Assembly (NCBI RefSeq): GCF_009834535.1
Contig: NC_045696.1
Coordinates: 70,372,001-70,436,000, forward strand
Length of the DNA: 64,000 nucleotides
From: Camelus ferus
Lineage: Eukaryota
Direction: 5' to 3'
Part shown: positions 1 through 13,098 of the stretch, piece by piece
Layout: each line of letters starts with the position of its first letter
How positions within the stretch are numbered: position 1 is the stretch's first letter
Notes under the pieces: generated by a model
Told to the model about the DNA's origin: nothing
The model's input: only the letters and a program-made list of their open reading frames with translations
Databases searched by the model: none
Position numbers and translations under genes: made by a program

Positions 1-920
1 TTTGATTAGTGTTAATTTTATTCTTTTACTTCTAACCTATTTGTGTCTTTCTATTTGAAATGCATATTTTTAGACAGCATAGAATTGGGTATTTTTAAAA
101 AATCCAATTTGATAATTTCTGGCTCTGAATTGGGTGTTTAAACCATTTATGTTTAATGTGACTATTGATGTGCTTATGTTTAAGAGTGTCATCGTGCTAT
201 ATTTAGTCTCTTTTCTTCCCTTTTTATTCTTTTTCTGCCTCCTTTGAATTAGTTGAGAAATTTGTATGATTCCATTTCATTTCCTTTGTTGACCAATTAG
301 GCGATTCTTTGTTGTTTTACTGGTTGCTTTAGGGTTTAAAGTATTAAACTTATCATAATCTACTTTCAGTGATATTATGTCATATTACACATAGTATAAG
401 AGCCTTGTGATAGTGTACTTACATTTTTGCCTTTCTGGGCTTTGTGCTTTGTTGTCATGCGCATTACTTTTATGTAGGTTATAATTCTATAATACATTGG
501 GGTTTTTTTATTCAAATAGTCATTCATCTTTTAATAAAGTTTAGTAAGAAAAAACTTATATATTTATCCTTGTTGTTTCCATTTCCAGTGTTCCTCATTC
601 CCTTGTGTAGATCCATATTGCCATCTGGTATCATTTTCCTTCTGCCTGAAGGAGTTCCTTTAATTTTTTTTTTCTTTTTTGTAGCATGGGTCTGTTGGTA
701 ATGAATTCTTTCACCTTTTGTATGTCTGAAAATATCTTTATTTAGCCTTCACTTTTGAAAGATGTTTTTTCTGGGTATAGAATTCTAGGTTGATAATACT
801 TAATCAAATGTTCCATTGGTTTATTGCTTGCATTTTTGAACAAGAAATCTGCTGTCATTCCTATATTTGCTCCTCTGTCTTTTCACTCTGGCTACTTTAA
901 AAAAGATACTTTCTGTTATC
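1..920 (-). mobile_element. Ancient L1 (L1M-type) fragment
   Basis: T-rich antisense-L1 texture with typical motifs (e.g. tagacagcatagaattgggt, tttttctgggtatagaattctaggttga). Boundaries approximate. Confidence 0.7.
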
Positions 921-1164
921 ACTATTTTCTTTTTTAAAATAATTTCGTGTTTATTGAAACCAATTGTGAAAAAGGTAGGGTTCTAGTTGTATGTCTTTTT
1001 ACATTTTGCATCCTAGTTATTCATTTCTATTGGATTTTATAAAAGTTTCTGGATAAGATTGGAAATTTAAAACTAATGACAGTGGCAAAAGTGTTCTACC
1101 ATAGTGTGAGAAGCTCTGCATTATGAATGAGACTAGATTTTCTTCTGTTTTATTCTGCTTATTT

Positions 1165-2376
1165 AAAAAGTTGAAATAGTTTTCATACCATAAAATTTGC
1201 CCTTTTAAACTGTACAGTCAGTGGGTTTTATTATATTCACAAAGTTATATAACTGTCACCACTGTCTAATTCCAGAATATTTTCATCAGCGCCAAAGAAA
1301 CCCTGTACCCACTGTCAGTCACTGTCCTTGCATTTCCCCCAAGCCACCTCTTCAGACCTAGGCAACCACTAATGTACTTTCTCTTTTTGTAACTATGCCT
1401 GTTCTGACATTTCATATAAACAGAGCCATACAACATGCGCTTTTTGTGTCTGCCTTCTTAGCATGTTTTCAGGATTTATCCATGTTGTAGAATGTATCAT
1501 TATTTTTTTCCTTTTTATGACCTTATAAGATTCCACTGTATGGATTATACCACATTTTGTTTATCCGTTCCTCAGATGAATGTCATTTGGGTTGTTTCTA
1601 CTCTTTGGTTGCTATGATTAATGTTGCTATAAATGTTTGTGTGTAAGTTTTTGTATGGACATAGTCTTTTCCATTCTCTTGGTTATATATCTAGGAATGG
1701 AATTACTAGGTCATGTGATAACTATATTTAATTTTTTGAGAAACTGAAAAGTTGTTTTCCAAAGCAGCTATTCTACTTTACATTTCCACTAGCAATGTAT
1801 CAGGTTCCCAATTTTCCCCATTCTTGCCCACCCTCATAATTGTCTAGCTGTTTTTTAATAGTAGTCTTCCTGGTGGCTGTGAAGTGGTAGCTCATTGTGG
1901 TCCTAATAGCTAATGATGTTGAGCATCTTTTTACATGTTTATTGGCCATTTGTATTTCTTCTTTGGAGAACTGACTGTTCAAATCCTTTGCCCATGTAAA
2001 AATTAGATTGTGTTTTTTTTTGAGTTGTAAGAGCTCTTTATATGCTCTTGGTACAAATCATTTATCAGATACATGATTTGCAAATATTTTCTCTCATTTT
2101 GTGGGTTGCCTTTTCACTTTCTTGAAGCACAGAAGTTTTTGGTTTTGATGAAATCCAATTAATTTTTTTCTTTTGTTGCTTGTGCTTTTGGTGTTACATC
2201 TAACAAAACATTGCCTAACTCAAGGTCACAAAGATTTAATCCTATGTTTTCTAAGAATTGTGTAGTTTTGCCTCTTACATTTAGGTCTATGATACATTTT
2301 GAGTTAATTTTCATATGTGCCATATGGTAGGGACCTAAGTTCTTCCTTTTGCATGTGGATATCCAGTTGTCCCAGG
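1165..2376 (-). mobile_element. L1MB-like 3' end with ORF2 C-terminal remnant
   Basis: ORF pieces [21 protein letters not shown] and WDNWISTCKRKNLGPYH are L1 ORF2p-like. L1M 3'UTR motifs begin at ~1170. Confidence 0.85.
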
Positions 2377-2880
2377 ATCTACTTACCTGTTGAACATAAT
2401 GGATTACAGTTATAATCATTGTTTTAGTGTCTGCTAATTTAAACATCTTTGTCAGCTCTGGCTAGATTTTGATTGATATTTTCCACATTATAGGTTGTAT
2501 TTCCCTTTTTTGTATGATATGTCTGGTAATCCTTGATTGGTTGCCAGCATCGTGAATTTTACTTTATTGGTTGTTGGGTATTTTTATATTCCTAAAAACA
2601 TTCTTGTGCTTGGTTCTGGGATGTAGTTAAGTTAATTGGAAACAGTTTGTTCCTTTCTGTTTTTGTTTTTATGATTTGTTAGCTGGGTCAAGGGCAGTGC
2701 TCACTCTAGGGCTGATTTTTCTCCAGTACTAAATAAGTAAGACCTTTTTAAATACTGTCCTTAGTGCCCTGTAAATTATGAGTTTTTCACAACTGGCTGG
2801 TGTGACCAGCTCTGTGTGACCAGCTCTGTGTGAGTGTCAGGCCGTGTTCCCTCTAATCCTTTTCATTCTATTCCTCATCA
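2377..2880 (-). mobile_element. Ancient L1 fragment (likely continuation of the element at 1-920)
   Basis: Antisense L1M-like sequence. Boundaries approximate. Confidence 0.5.
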
Positions 2881-2889
2881 GTATTTAGC

Positions 2890-3326
2890 TTGGAGATATT
2901 GCGGGTTTGATTTCAGGCATTGCAATAAAGAAAATACTGCAATAAAGTGAGTCACAGTTTTTTGTTTCTCAGTGCATATGAAAGTTATGTTTATACTATA
3001 CTGTAGTCTTTTAGAACTGAAAAAAATACCTTAATTTAAAAATGTTTTATTGCTAAAAAATGCTAACCATCCTCTGAGCCTTTGGTGAGTTGTAATCACT
3101 TTGCAGTGGGAACTCAAAGATCATTGATCACAGATCACCACAGTAAATTTAATAATAATGAAAAAGTTTGAAATATTGTGAGAATTACCAAAATGTGATA
3201 CAGAGACATGAAGTGAGCAAATGCTGTTAGAAAAAAATGAAGCCAATAAACATGCTTTGCTACAAACCTTCAATTTGTAAAAAACACAGTATCTGCAAAG
3301 CACAGTAGAGTGAAGCACAACAGGAC
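2890..3326 (-). mobile_element. Internally deleted Tigger1 derivative (MITE-like)
   Basis: Its ends match both ends of the long Tigger1 at 60159-62550 (gagatattgcggg...gcaataaag; aataataatgaaaaagtttgaaatattgtgagaattaccaaaatgtga). Confidence 0.85.
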
Positions 3327-4912
3327 GGGGGAGGTGTGTGGGGGCCTCTGCGGCTCTCCCCTCGGTGGTGCTTCAGCTGTTCGTCTCCGGACTTGCAGCT
3401 TTGTCCTCTCATCTCAGTGTATTTACTTGGGGCTTTTCCTGGGCTGCCTTTCCCTGTGCTGTGGCCAGGAAATTGTCTAAAGGCAGTAAGTTTGGGAACT
3501 TGTAAGACTTACCTCTTTTGTTTTCTGTCTCTCAGAGGTAATTATTTTTTGTTTTCTGACATTCATATTTTGTCTGTTGGGGATTTTTTTCTTATTGCTG
3601 TATTGTTGCTCAAACCAGAAACCTGGGAGCCAGCTTTGGCCCTTCCTTCTCCCTTACTTTACATATCAAATAATCAAGTCTTAAACAAAATTTATCCCTT
3701 TCCTACTGGCACTGCATTCATTCAGATTCTTACTCATTCCTCTCCTCCAGCCTAAGTTGTCTTCCTCTCTTCCTGACCCTTTAATCTTTCTTCCATAATG
3801 GGGATAGAATGGTCTTCCTAAAATACAAAGATGCTCTGATTGTTTTCTTTTTCACTTAAGATGCTTCAGTGATTCCACAGCCTTTTGTGGCCTGGCCCCC
3901 ACTCATGTATCTGGACTCTTTTCCTTCTTACATCTGCCACTTATTCCAACCATATCAGGTGCTTTAATCCTCTGAAAACCTTTGCTCTTTCACACTCCTG
4001 AGCTTGTATACACTGTGCTGTCTGATTGGAATGCCCGACCAGCCCTACCAAGCCTCCAGTCACCAGACCCAGCTCAGACACCATCTCTTACCAGTGTTTC
4101 CTGCCCACCAGCAGTTGATTCCTCTCCTGTTTCTCTGCTTCTCCTCCGTTCGCTATACATCTTCGTATCACAACACTTAACCACATTTTATTATGTATTA
4201 TAGTTATTTCTGGACTGTTATCCAAACTAGAAGTGACAGTTGTTTTCTAATGATGATCCTGGGCTATAATAAGCATTGTGTAACTAGAAAAGGGATGCAG
4301 GCTTTGGGGTAGAAACTCAAACAAAACTCAAAATATCTAAAGGAAATCATTGAAAGTAAATGAAATAATCTCAAAGAAATATAATTTTGATTTTATAATA
4401 TTGAATTGGAACATAAGACTCAGAATGCAGTTTGGCCTTATTCACTGTCACAACCAGAAACTGCATAAAGAATAACATCAGAAAAAAATTAATATTTAAA
4501 CTATTTATAAATCTTAAGTATTGGTAATCAAAGCAAGCAGGGACAGTAGTTATTAGAAAACCTGATGAAATATCTGAAGAATATAATGTGTATGAATTCC
4601 ATCATTTTCTTATAGGGGGATCAGACTGGATCTAACTATATAATTTAATCACTTTATATAATACACATGCACGTTTGCCCGTAAGAGAACAAAGATTGGG
4701 GCATCTCAGTGCTGCTGCTCACCAGCTGACCTGAGGGATAGTTGAAGATGAGGTTGAAGATCCCCTGTTAGGGTGGTCCTATCAAGGGAAAAGGGCATTA
4801 GACTAAAAAGTTGGGTACATTTGTTCCCCATTAGTGGAAGTTAAAGTTGGACGTATTTTATTATATTGCCATGACAATATGTTATCACCGTTGCAGATAA
4901 AATGAGTCCCAC

Positions 4913-4952
4913 TGTATTATGCAGTGTTTTCCAGAGAAACAGAACCAATAGG

Positions 4953-4987
<35 letters not shown>

Positions 4988-5287
4988 GTGATTTATTATA
5001 AAGAATTGGCTCACATAATTATGGAGAGTGGTGAGTCTAAAATCTGCAGTTTGGGCTGGCAGGCTGGGGATCCAGGAGAGCCAGTGTTGCAGATGAAGTC
5101 CAGAGGTAGTTTACTTTCCCTCTTATCCAGGGAGGCTGGTCTTTTTGCGCTATTCAGACCTTCAACTGATTGGGTGAGGCTCACCCACATTATGGAGGAC
5201 AATCTGCTCTACCCAAAGTTCACCAGTTTAAATGTTAATCTCATCCAAAACCACCCTGCAAGTTGACACATAAAATTAACCATCACA
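4913..5287 (-). mobile_element. MLT2-type solo LTR (ERVL) with (TG)n
   Basis: ccagagaaacagaaccaatagga-(TG)n-gatttattataaagaattggctcac...ttgacacataaaattaaccatcaca is a classic MLT2 signature. Confidence 0.85.
4955..4984. repeat. (TG)n microsatellite
   Basis: About 15 TG units, directly visible. Confidence 0.95.
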
Positions 5288-6790
5288 TTCAGCAAGCTGT
5301 AAAATAAGTAGTTTTGTAATAAGTTTCCTTAGACAATACATTATACAAACACATTTTTTCCTGTGTGGGTTCATAAAAATGTTTACTGTAAAAGAAAATA
5401 CTTTCTTCCTTTATCACATCATTCTGTAATCCTTTGAGGTTTTATGGGAACACTGTAGGTTTCCTGAATTGTTAGCATTAATCAGTGAACTCTTGGAGAT
5501 ACTTGTTTTAAATAGAATGTGTCCTGTTGGTATTCCAGACAGAAGCAATAAAAGCCTCATTAATCTCTTTGAAACCGTCAAGAAGATCTCACCTGACATT
5601 TTAGGTTCATGGTCTGCAAAGGAGTCACAGAAATCCTATTTGGTTCTTTATTAGCAACACTGAAAAAAAAATTCCACAATTGGTATGCCTCTGGCAGAAA
5701 CAGCTGGGGATCTCTTTGAGCCAGCCATCTGCATAGACAATTCCCAGGATGGTTTTATTTGCTTAGATTAGTCCAGATACATCACAGCAACTGCACCGGG
5801 ATGTGCTTCATCCTTGCTGTAAGGCTGATGCCTCTGGGAGTGTTTTTTAGCCACAGCCTATCCCCTAAAGGCTGGCTTTGTTTCTCTGCAGGAGATATAT
5901 TTTTGCTGGTGGTACCTTTTTTTCCCCCCTGTATTTTCAAGTGATAATTTTAAAACTCACCAATCCCAGAGAAATCATATTAGTCCTTGAAAATCTGCAT
6001 TATCATGTTACCAAATCTCATCGTTGTATCAGTAGGCTAAAACCATACAAGCATCTGCTCTGGTCATAAATTACCACACGCAATGTGGGCAAATAGCTAT
6101 AAAGCTCCCGCAGGACCCATCCCAGGGCTGAATGGGTAGGTTTACTTTACATACTGCTCCTATGTGCTGCTCTAGTTTTGTCTAGAACTTCATCTGTAAT
6201 CAGGATTTCTTTTCTCAAATGGTTCTTTTATGTTTCATATGCTTTACAGCCAGGGGTTCTTCCTCCTTTTTCTCTCTCCATTGTTCTCTTCCTAAGCAGT
6301 TATATTCCAGGCTATAGGGAGAAGATCTCTACTGTACTTTGTCAGCCACAATGCTCTGATCTCATTCATAAAGCTACTCCTAACCTACCTTGAATTTTTT
6401 CAGTCTGAAATTAAGATTAACATATATTGGTCTGTTATGAAGGTGGTTCACAATTTTTTTTCAGCTTGTTTTTTTCAGGGAAAGCACTTTTTAGTTCAAT
6501 AGTTTTATATGTCATTCCTTTGGAGGGGAATAAGCAAGGTTATTCAATAAGCTCTCTTTGTATTTATCTCAGTTATTTTTGACATTAATTATTGATATAG
6601 AAATATTCAAGTAACAAAGACAATGTTCTTTTAAATAAGTTTTAGAATGCATTTTTCTAAAATTGTTCTCTGTTAATATTAAACTTAATTCTTTATCAGT
6701 TTGTCTAATTTTAAACTAAATAATTATTAATGCTTCAATAAATAAGATTTAATGTCTGTTAGTCTAGGTTCCAAATACATAAACTACTTA

Positions 6791-7626
6791 ATTTTTTATT
6801 GAAGTGTAGTTAATTTACAGTGTTGTTAGTTTTGGGTGTACAGCAAAGTGATTTAGTTTTATATGATATATATATACTTTTTTCAGATTCTTTTACATTA
6901 TAGGTTATTACAGGATGTTGACTACAATTCCCTGTGCTATACAGTAGGTCCTTGTTGTTTATCTGTTTTATATATAGTAGTGTGTATCTGCTAATCCTAT
7001 ACTCCTAATTTGTCCCTTCTCTCCCTCCCCTCTTCCCCCTTTGGTAACCATAAATTTGCTTTCTATGTGTATGAATCTGTTTTGTAAATAAGTTCATTTG
7101 TATCATTTTTTAGATTCCATATGTAAGTGATATCATATGATATTTGTCTTTCTCTGACTTCACTTGGTATGATAATCTCTAGGTCCATCCATATTGCTGC
7201 AAATGGCATTTTATTCTTTTTTTATGGCTAATATTCATATATATATTCATATATATTTTATATATATATTATATATATATATATCTCCCAATTTCTTTAT
7301 CCAGTCATCTGTAATGGACATTTAGTTTGCATCCATGTCTTGGCTATTGTAAATAGTGCTGCTATGAAAATTAGAGTGCATGTACCTTTTTGATTGAGAG
7401 CTTCCTCTGGATATATATCCAGGAGTAGGACTGCTGGATCATGTGGTAGCTCTATTTTTAGTTTTTTAAAGGAATCTCCATATTATTTTTCATAGTGGCT
7501 GCACCAAACTACATTCCCACCAGCAGTATAGGAGGGTTCCTTTTTCTCCACACCCTCTCCAGCATTTATTATTTGTAGATTTTTTAATAATGGCCATTTT
7601 GACCAGTGTGAGGTGATACCTCATTG
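6791..7626 (-). mobile_element. 5'-truncated L1 3' end (artiodactyl-type)
   Basis: L1 3'UTR and ORF2 tail in antisense. TSD taaactactta at 6780-6790 and 7627-7637. Confidence 0.9.
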
Positions 7627-7734
7627 TAAACTACTTAGTTTTTTAAATATAATGCTTATATTTTCTCAGTACACAAATCAGGAAAATAGTACCTACAATC
7701 AATTCTACACCTTGACCTTGGTTGTTGAATCAGT

Positions 7735-8340
7735 TTGTGTCCAATCAGAAGATGGAAACCACATGATAGATTATGCAAAGGAAGTTTAATATAAAGAATT
7801 TTTAAACTCTAAGGAATAAGTGACCAAACAATACAAGGAAACTATGTTTCTCTTGGGCTGAGGGAGAATACCCAGGAAAGACAAAAGTGGAAGGAGGGTC
7901 CCCTTCCCAAGGTTCGGGTTCAGACCTTGTTGGAGAAAATGTAATTCAGCCCACAGGATAGCAGAGAAGCTTGCCTCTACCCAGGCTGCACTAGTGTGAG
8001 GTTGCTGGGCAGGTAGTGCCCTCTGGAGTGCAGAGGAGGCATGAGCAGTGAGTAGTTAAGGGTGTGGGTGTGTACAGCAGGCAGAAACTTGGGTAGGCAG
8101 AAGGGAGTGATGTAGGCAGAAGGCCTTCAGAACGTTGGTTTCCATGTGGAGAGGCTCATGGGAAGGCTATCACCAGGCCAGGCCAAGACTGCAAAGTTGC
8201 CAAGGAACTGCACATTCTGGGTGCATGGCTGGGATAGAGCTCCACCAGATTTCATCACCCCTACTCGTGTGTGCAGGAAACGAGAGCCCCTTCCTCCTAT
8301 AGTGTCCCTCTAGTGCCCTCTACTGAGCACGTTAGCATCT
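7735..8340. mobile_element. Old LTR relic (ERVL/LTR41-like, family uncertain)
   Basis: Motifs tccaatcagaagatggaaaccaca and gtgtccctctagtgccctctactgag resemble old ERVL-type LTRs. GC shift relative to the flanks. Confidence 0.45.
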
Positions 8341-10178
8341 TTCATTATATTGGGAAATACAAATTCTTATATATAAATGTTAATTATTTCATTTTAAATT
8401 ATATTTCATTGATACTTAGAATGTGTTTTATTATTATTGTGGATGATTAATAATAAACAAAGTTCCAGAATGCCATATGGGTTTGTATAAATTTGCAAAT
8501 GAAGTTTTTGAATAACATACAGACATGTTCCTTAGAAAAATAACCTTTAACAAAGGTATATTGTTTAAATTCAGGAAACATCTGCTGAGTCCCTGCTGAG
8601 CCCCTGTGCGAAGCACAGATGCTTTAAGATCTTATTTTTCTTAGATCAGGTTGACTAGTTAGCACTGTTTTTGTGTGAATTTCTGAACTTTTCATCCCCA
8701 GATCAATAGATAAATGTGACAGATGTCTTATACTGTTTCCTTTAGCTTTAGTCTGTCAGGAATATCTGTCCATTGGATTAGTGGCTGCTAATAACTTATT
8801 TTGGAGCTAAGCTGTGTGCTAGTGGAATGGCAGGAAACTGCACCAGAGTCTTCATGTTCTAGGTGTCCTCTTGTGCTACCTCCTGTGGGGAGCTTCTTTG
8901 TTCTCAAATTTTTTCTAACTGAAGTTTTAGAAATCTGTTGTCGGGTAACTCAAACCTATCCACTATTGATTTTTGCAGAGTAAAGTAGGAGGCTGAGATG
9001 GTCTAATAAAATGCCAATAAGGTCAAGGCTTGTTATAAAGAAGTCAAAGGTAATGGCTATCATTATCATCATCCATCTTCAGACAAAAAAGGAGTGGTAC
9101 TCATACAGTTTTTCTCATCTTGCAATGATCCGTAATCAGCCACTTTCCCACTTACTCCTCTTTCCCTCCATCAAGCTTTTTTCCCAGTGTTTTTCTGTAC
9201 TGCAGAGTGCAGACGCTTAGTACATACTGGTTGAGTCCAATGTGCTTTGTCAGCAGCCATCCTTTTCTTCCTGAACGTACTGTTTTCATGCTTCGTCTCA
9301 CCCTCAGTGACCTGTTCTTGGGAGAAGACTCCCTCAGCCATCCCTTTTCTAATCAGTTATTGTATTAAAAACCAGCTTTACAGAACAGCTCCCGGTGGAT
9401 AAGTAGGACTTCCCAGATTAAGTAGAAAGAGGTAGACATATTTGCTCCATGAAAGCCTTATTTCGCCACCTCAAAGGACTAGAAGTCTGAGAGAGTTCTC
9501 CTTCTGTATGACCTGTTTTAGCCAGACTTACCTGTTGGATGTTTCTGAACTCTCTGGCCCTAGAAGGGGCTCTTTCCCAACTGGAAATATCTGTCTGCAA
9601 GTTCAAGGAGTTCCATTGTGCCAATTTATTCAGTAGAGAGGCTCTTATAGTATCCAGTCTCCCAAGGCAAGGGAAGGGTCTTGCTCTCTTTCCAGATTAT
9701 TGGGGTGAGACTGGGTCTCAGTGGCAGAAGAACCCTCTACTCCAGTGACGCTGTTCACCCCACTGTGCCTTAGACCTCCACGCTTATTTTACCTCTGGAT
9801 TTGACAGAGCCTGACACTTTACTTTCTTTTGTCCACATCCTAGCTCTTCTTCAGTTTACATTCCACATTTCTTTGGAGCCTCTTCTAAGCCCTTCCAGTC
9901 TCTCTTCTCCATGCTCCTGCACCATATATAGTGTATACCCCACAACTTAATACTTCTCTTTCCTCTTGTGCTGTTTTGGGTGTTTGTGTGGCCCAAACTG
10001 GATTGTAAGAGGCATGCATTTTGCACTTCTCTTTCCCTCTAGTTGTTCACTGGTAGTTACTTGTTAAAATACATAAGGTATTTTGCATATATCTATCCCT
10101 CAAACCAGAAGACTTGGCTTCAGGTAGGACTAAACATGGTTTGAAAAAGTATAGAGTCTTCATCATGTCTCTTTTCAG

Positions 10179-10196
10179 ATTGGCTGCTCCAACCTG
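10179..10196 (+). other. Candidate 18-nt alternative microexon of C3orf70
   Basis: catgtctcttttcAG|attggctgctccaacctg|GTAAGT. Strong donor, pyrimidine-rich acceptor, length 3n, and open in the phase-1 frame required by the downstream exon. Confidence 0.4.
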
Positions 10197-10832
10197 GTAA
10201 GTGTGGCTAACAGCTTCTCATCTATTGCTGGTTCATGGCACTTTTGGAAATGTGATTTTTAAGGCAAGCCTCCCTGTACCAGCTGCCCATACTATAGGGC
10301 ATCAACATTGTGGCCCGGAGCAGTGTGGTCTGTAGAAGGCTGTTGGTGAGGGCTCCTGTCCTTCACAGGCTGCCCAGTGGTCCTTCCTCCACCTCCTCTG
10401 TTCCCTCTCTCACTGGTTTGACTGAAGTCCAGATCTGAGTGTGAAACTGGGAGAGGGTGGTAGCTTGATTGTTAAGTCTGATTTCGTGCTTTAGACTGGC
10501 TTTATCTGTGCACATCCCGTGAGAGGAGCAGACAGAAATGGAGGTGAGGAGAAAGGCCAAGCTGATATGTCACTCTCCCCTCGAAACTGAGCCGTGTCTT
10601 TCTACCTGCAGGTCTGGCCTCACCACCCTGTCTCTGACCATTCTCCCTCTTGTTCATCATGCGGCAGCCGCCCTGGCTCTTCCCCTTCTTTGCCTGGTTA
10701 ACTCTTACTCAGTCCTGAGGTGACATGAACCACATACCATCATGGTTTCAGGGACATCTTTCCTAACAACCCCTCCCCCTTCCAACTCACACATCTCATG
10801 TGTAATTTCTTCTTCTTCTTCTTTTTTTTTTT

Positions 10833-11224
10833 AATAAAAGTAGATTTATTTAGAGAGATGTACACTCCATTGACAGAGTGCAGGCTATCTCAGAAGGTTG
10901 TCTCAGAAGGCTAGTTTTCATATGTTAGCAAGTGGGAGGATTGTTGCAACTACTTTGGGGAAGGAGCAGGGACCCCAGGAACTGGGCCACCACCCTCTCT
11001 GACCTTTCATGGTCATCCTTGGAGCTGTCATGGCGCCTGTGGGTGTGTCATTCACTGCTAATACATTACACTGTGCATAATGAAGCTCAAGGTCCACTGG
11101 AGGTCGAATCTCCCGCCATCTTGGGCCTCCATGTCTCTTGGGAGTTGACTTTTCCACCATCTTTGTGCTTGTTGTTGTGTCATTCCTATAATGGCTGTTT
11201 CCTGTGCCCTTCCCTCCTATCTCA
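10833..11224 (-). mobile_element. 3' LTR (U3-R only) of the ERV copy, possibly MER41-like
   Basis: Starts TGAGATAGGAGG after a purine-rich stretch. AATAAA at 10850-10845 is followed 12 nt later by poly(A), with no U5/CA terminus. The family name is tentative. Confidence 0.7.
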
Positions 11225-13098
11225 TTCCCATAATCTTATTGGGGTGCAGACGGGCTGTGGTCTGTCTTCTGTAGCTGAGTAGGGACGTTGACACTGCCTA
11301 TCAAGGAGTAAAAATCTGAATGCCTAATCTAGGGGCCCCAGGGACAGGACAGCTTCTCGTTTCTTGAGTCTGAGGGTGGTATGGGCTGAAATCTTCTCAC
11401 ACATAGCCATCATCTTGTTGTGAAACTGTTGTAACTGCTTCTGTACCGATCCTGTGACTCTTCTTAAAGATGAAGCACCTTTGCAACAGCATCAGAGTAC
11501 AGCTGATAACTGCCTATAAATGACAAAAGACCCCTTTCTTGAAATTTGTATCTCAAAAGCATAGAAAGGCAAGTTCCTCCTAGGATGACTTTGTTTCCTT
11601 AAGGCCAGAAAGAGGTTATTTTTCCTAGATACTTATAAATCTCTTAAGGGGGATTTTGGGAGTGGTACAAGGATTGGTGGGTTTTGGATTATTTCTGGAG
11701 TCACACCTCTGTTACCGTAAAGACTACGTTTGTAAAACAAGGACAGTTTATTTTCCCTCATTTAGCTTAGGGGAGATGCCTTCCCCCCCAAATTCCTATC
11801 AGGCTCTGAATATCAGCTATGGTCAGTTTAGTTAGACTGGTGGCCTCCCATTTTGGAACTCTATTTACAGACACTTCTGAGGATCCTCCCTGGGTTTGAG
11901 TTCTCTAATTATTACCTTCAGTTCAGCCTTTGATGTCAAGAGGCTTGCCTATAGCCTCAGGTGGTCTCGTTTCTAAAGGTAGCTTAACAGTAGTAGCTCT
12001 GCCAGGGACCTCAGTGCTCCAGACAGCGGGGTTCACTTGAGAAACAATAATGGGGTGGAATGGAGACCTCTGGCTTGGTCCTGAGGTGGGCTCTCAAGGC
12101 CAAGAGCAATCGTTTTTCTTGGTGGATGTCTTTTTTGTGAAGGTTTCCAAATTGGAGTATTGTCTGGAATTTAGTGAGCAAGTCCCCTCCCAACAAGGGG
12201 ATGGGGCACTCAGGCATGAACAGAAACTGATGTGCAGAGGTAAAATTTTCTAGGAGGCAGCTGAGGGGAGGGGTGTGAATTGCTTGGTTTGGGGCTTTTT
12301 GTCGATCCCCATTATCGTACAGGATTAGGAGGACAAGGGTCTGGAGAAAAGAGTCAGCACAGAGTGGGCGGTCCCCGTATCTAATAAGAAAACAACTTTC
12401 CTACCAGCCACATCAAAGGTTCCCCGAGGCACCTCCAGAGAAATGACCAGGTGTGCTTTGGGAGCCGGGGAGGGTCAGCCAGCCAGGGACCTGTCAGTCT
12501 TCAGTTCTCTCGGCCGTCATTGGTTTGGGAGCCCCAAGCCCCCTTGGGGACTAGGGACAGTGCCGCTTCCAGGGACCTTCTCGTTTGCATATCGGGCAGG
12601 GTCCCAGTGGACCTTTTCCATATAACAGGTGTTCGTCCTTTTAGTGGCCCTCCTGGCAGCACTTGAAGCAGATCCTTTCTTGGTGAGGCAGTGTCTCTGA
12701 TCCAGGTGTCCTGGATCCCTGTCCTTACTATGGGTCTTCGAAAGGGAGGGTAACCCTGAGGTGGTGTAGGGGTTAGGGCTGCCACTGAGCATTGTGCCTT
12801 TCGCTGTTGTCCCTGAATCCTTCTTGCCTCTTCAACCATGTCTCTGTTGTTAAATACTCCAAACACCAGATCCAGGAGCTGATTCATGGGGTCTGGGGTC
12901 TCCAGCCTCCCAGATGGGGCATTAGGGTTAGATGGTCCAGAAGACTGTCCCTTAAGGAGTTCCTTAGACCTGGTCTTGAAATAGGGTCAGGAACATTTGG
13001 GCATACGGGACTTCCCCTGTTTACTTTCCCTTTGACAAAACAAGTCCAGCTGCAACATGGTATTGTAATTTAATGACCCATTTTTTGGTCAGACCTCT

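Noticed and set aside
2801..2833. Short tandem duplication (gtgaccagctctgt x2), similar to ones at 10888-10910 and 28355-28390
   Set aside because: Two-copy local slippage duplications with no spacers, so not CRISPR-like or otherwise informative.
4260..4910. AT-rich segment that might be a decayed pseudogene
   Set aside because: I could not recognise any protein or repeat in manual translation, so there is no support without a search.
12011..12887. Functional or co-opted gag/pro ORF
   Set aside because: Stops and frameshifts occur throughout, and the zinc-knuckle residues are mutated.
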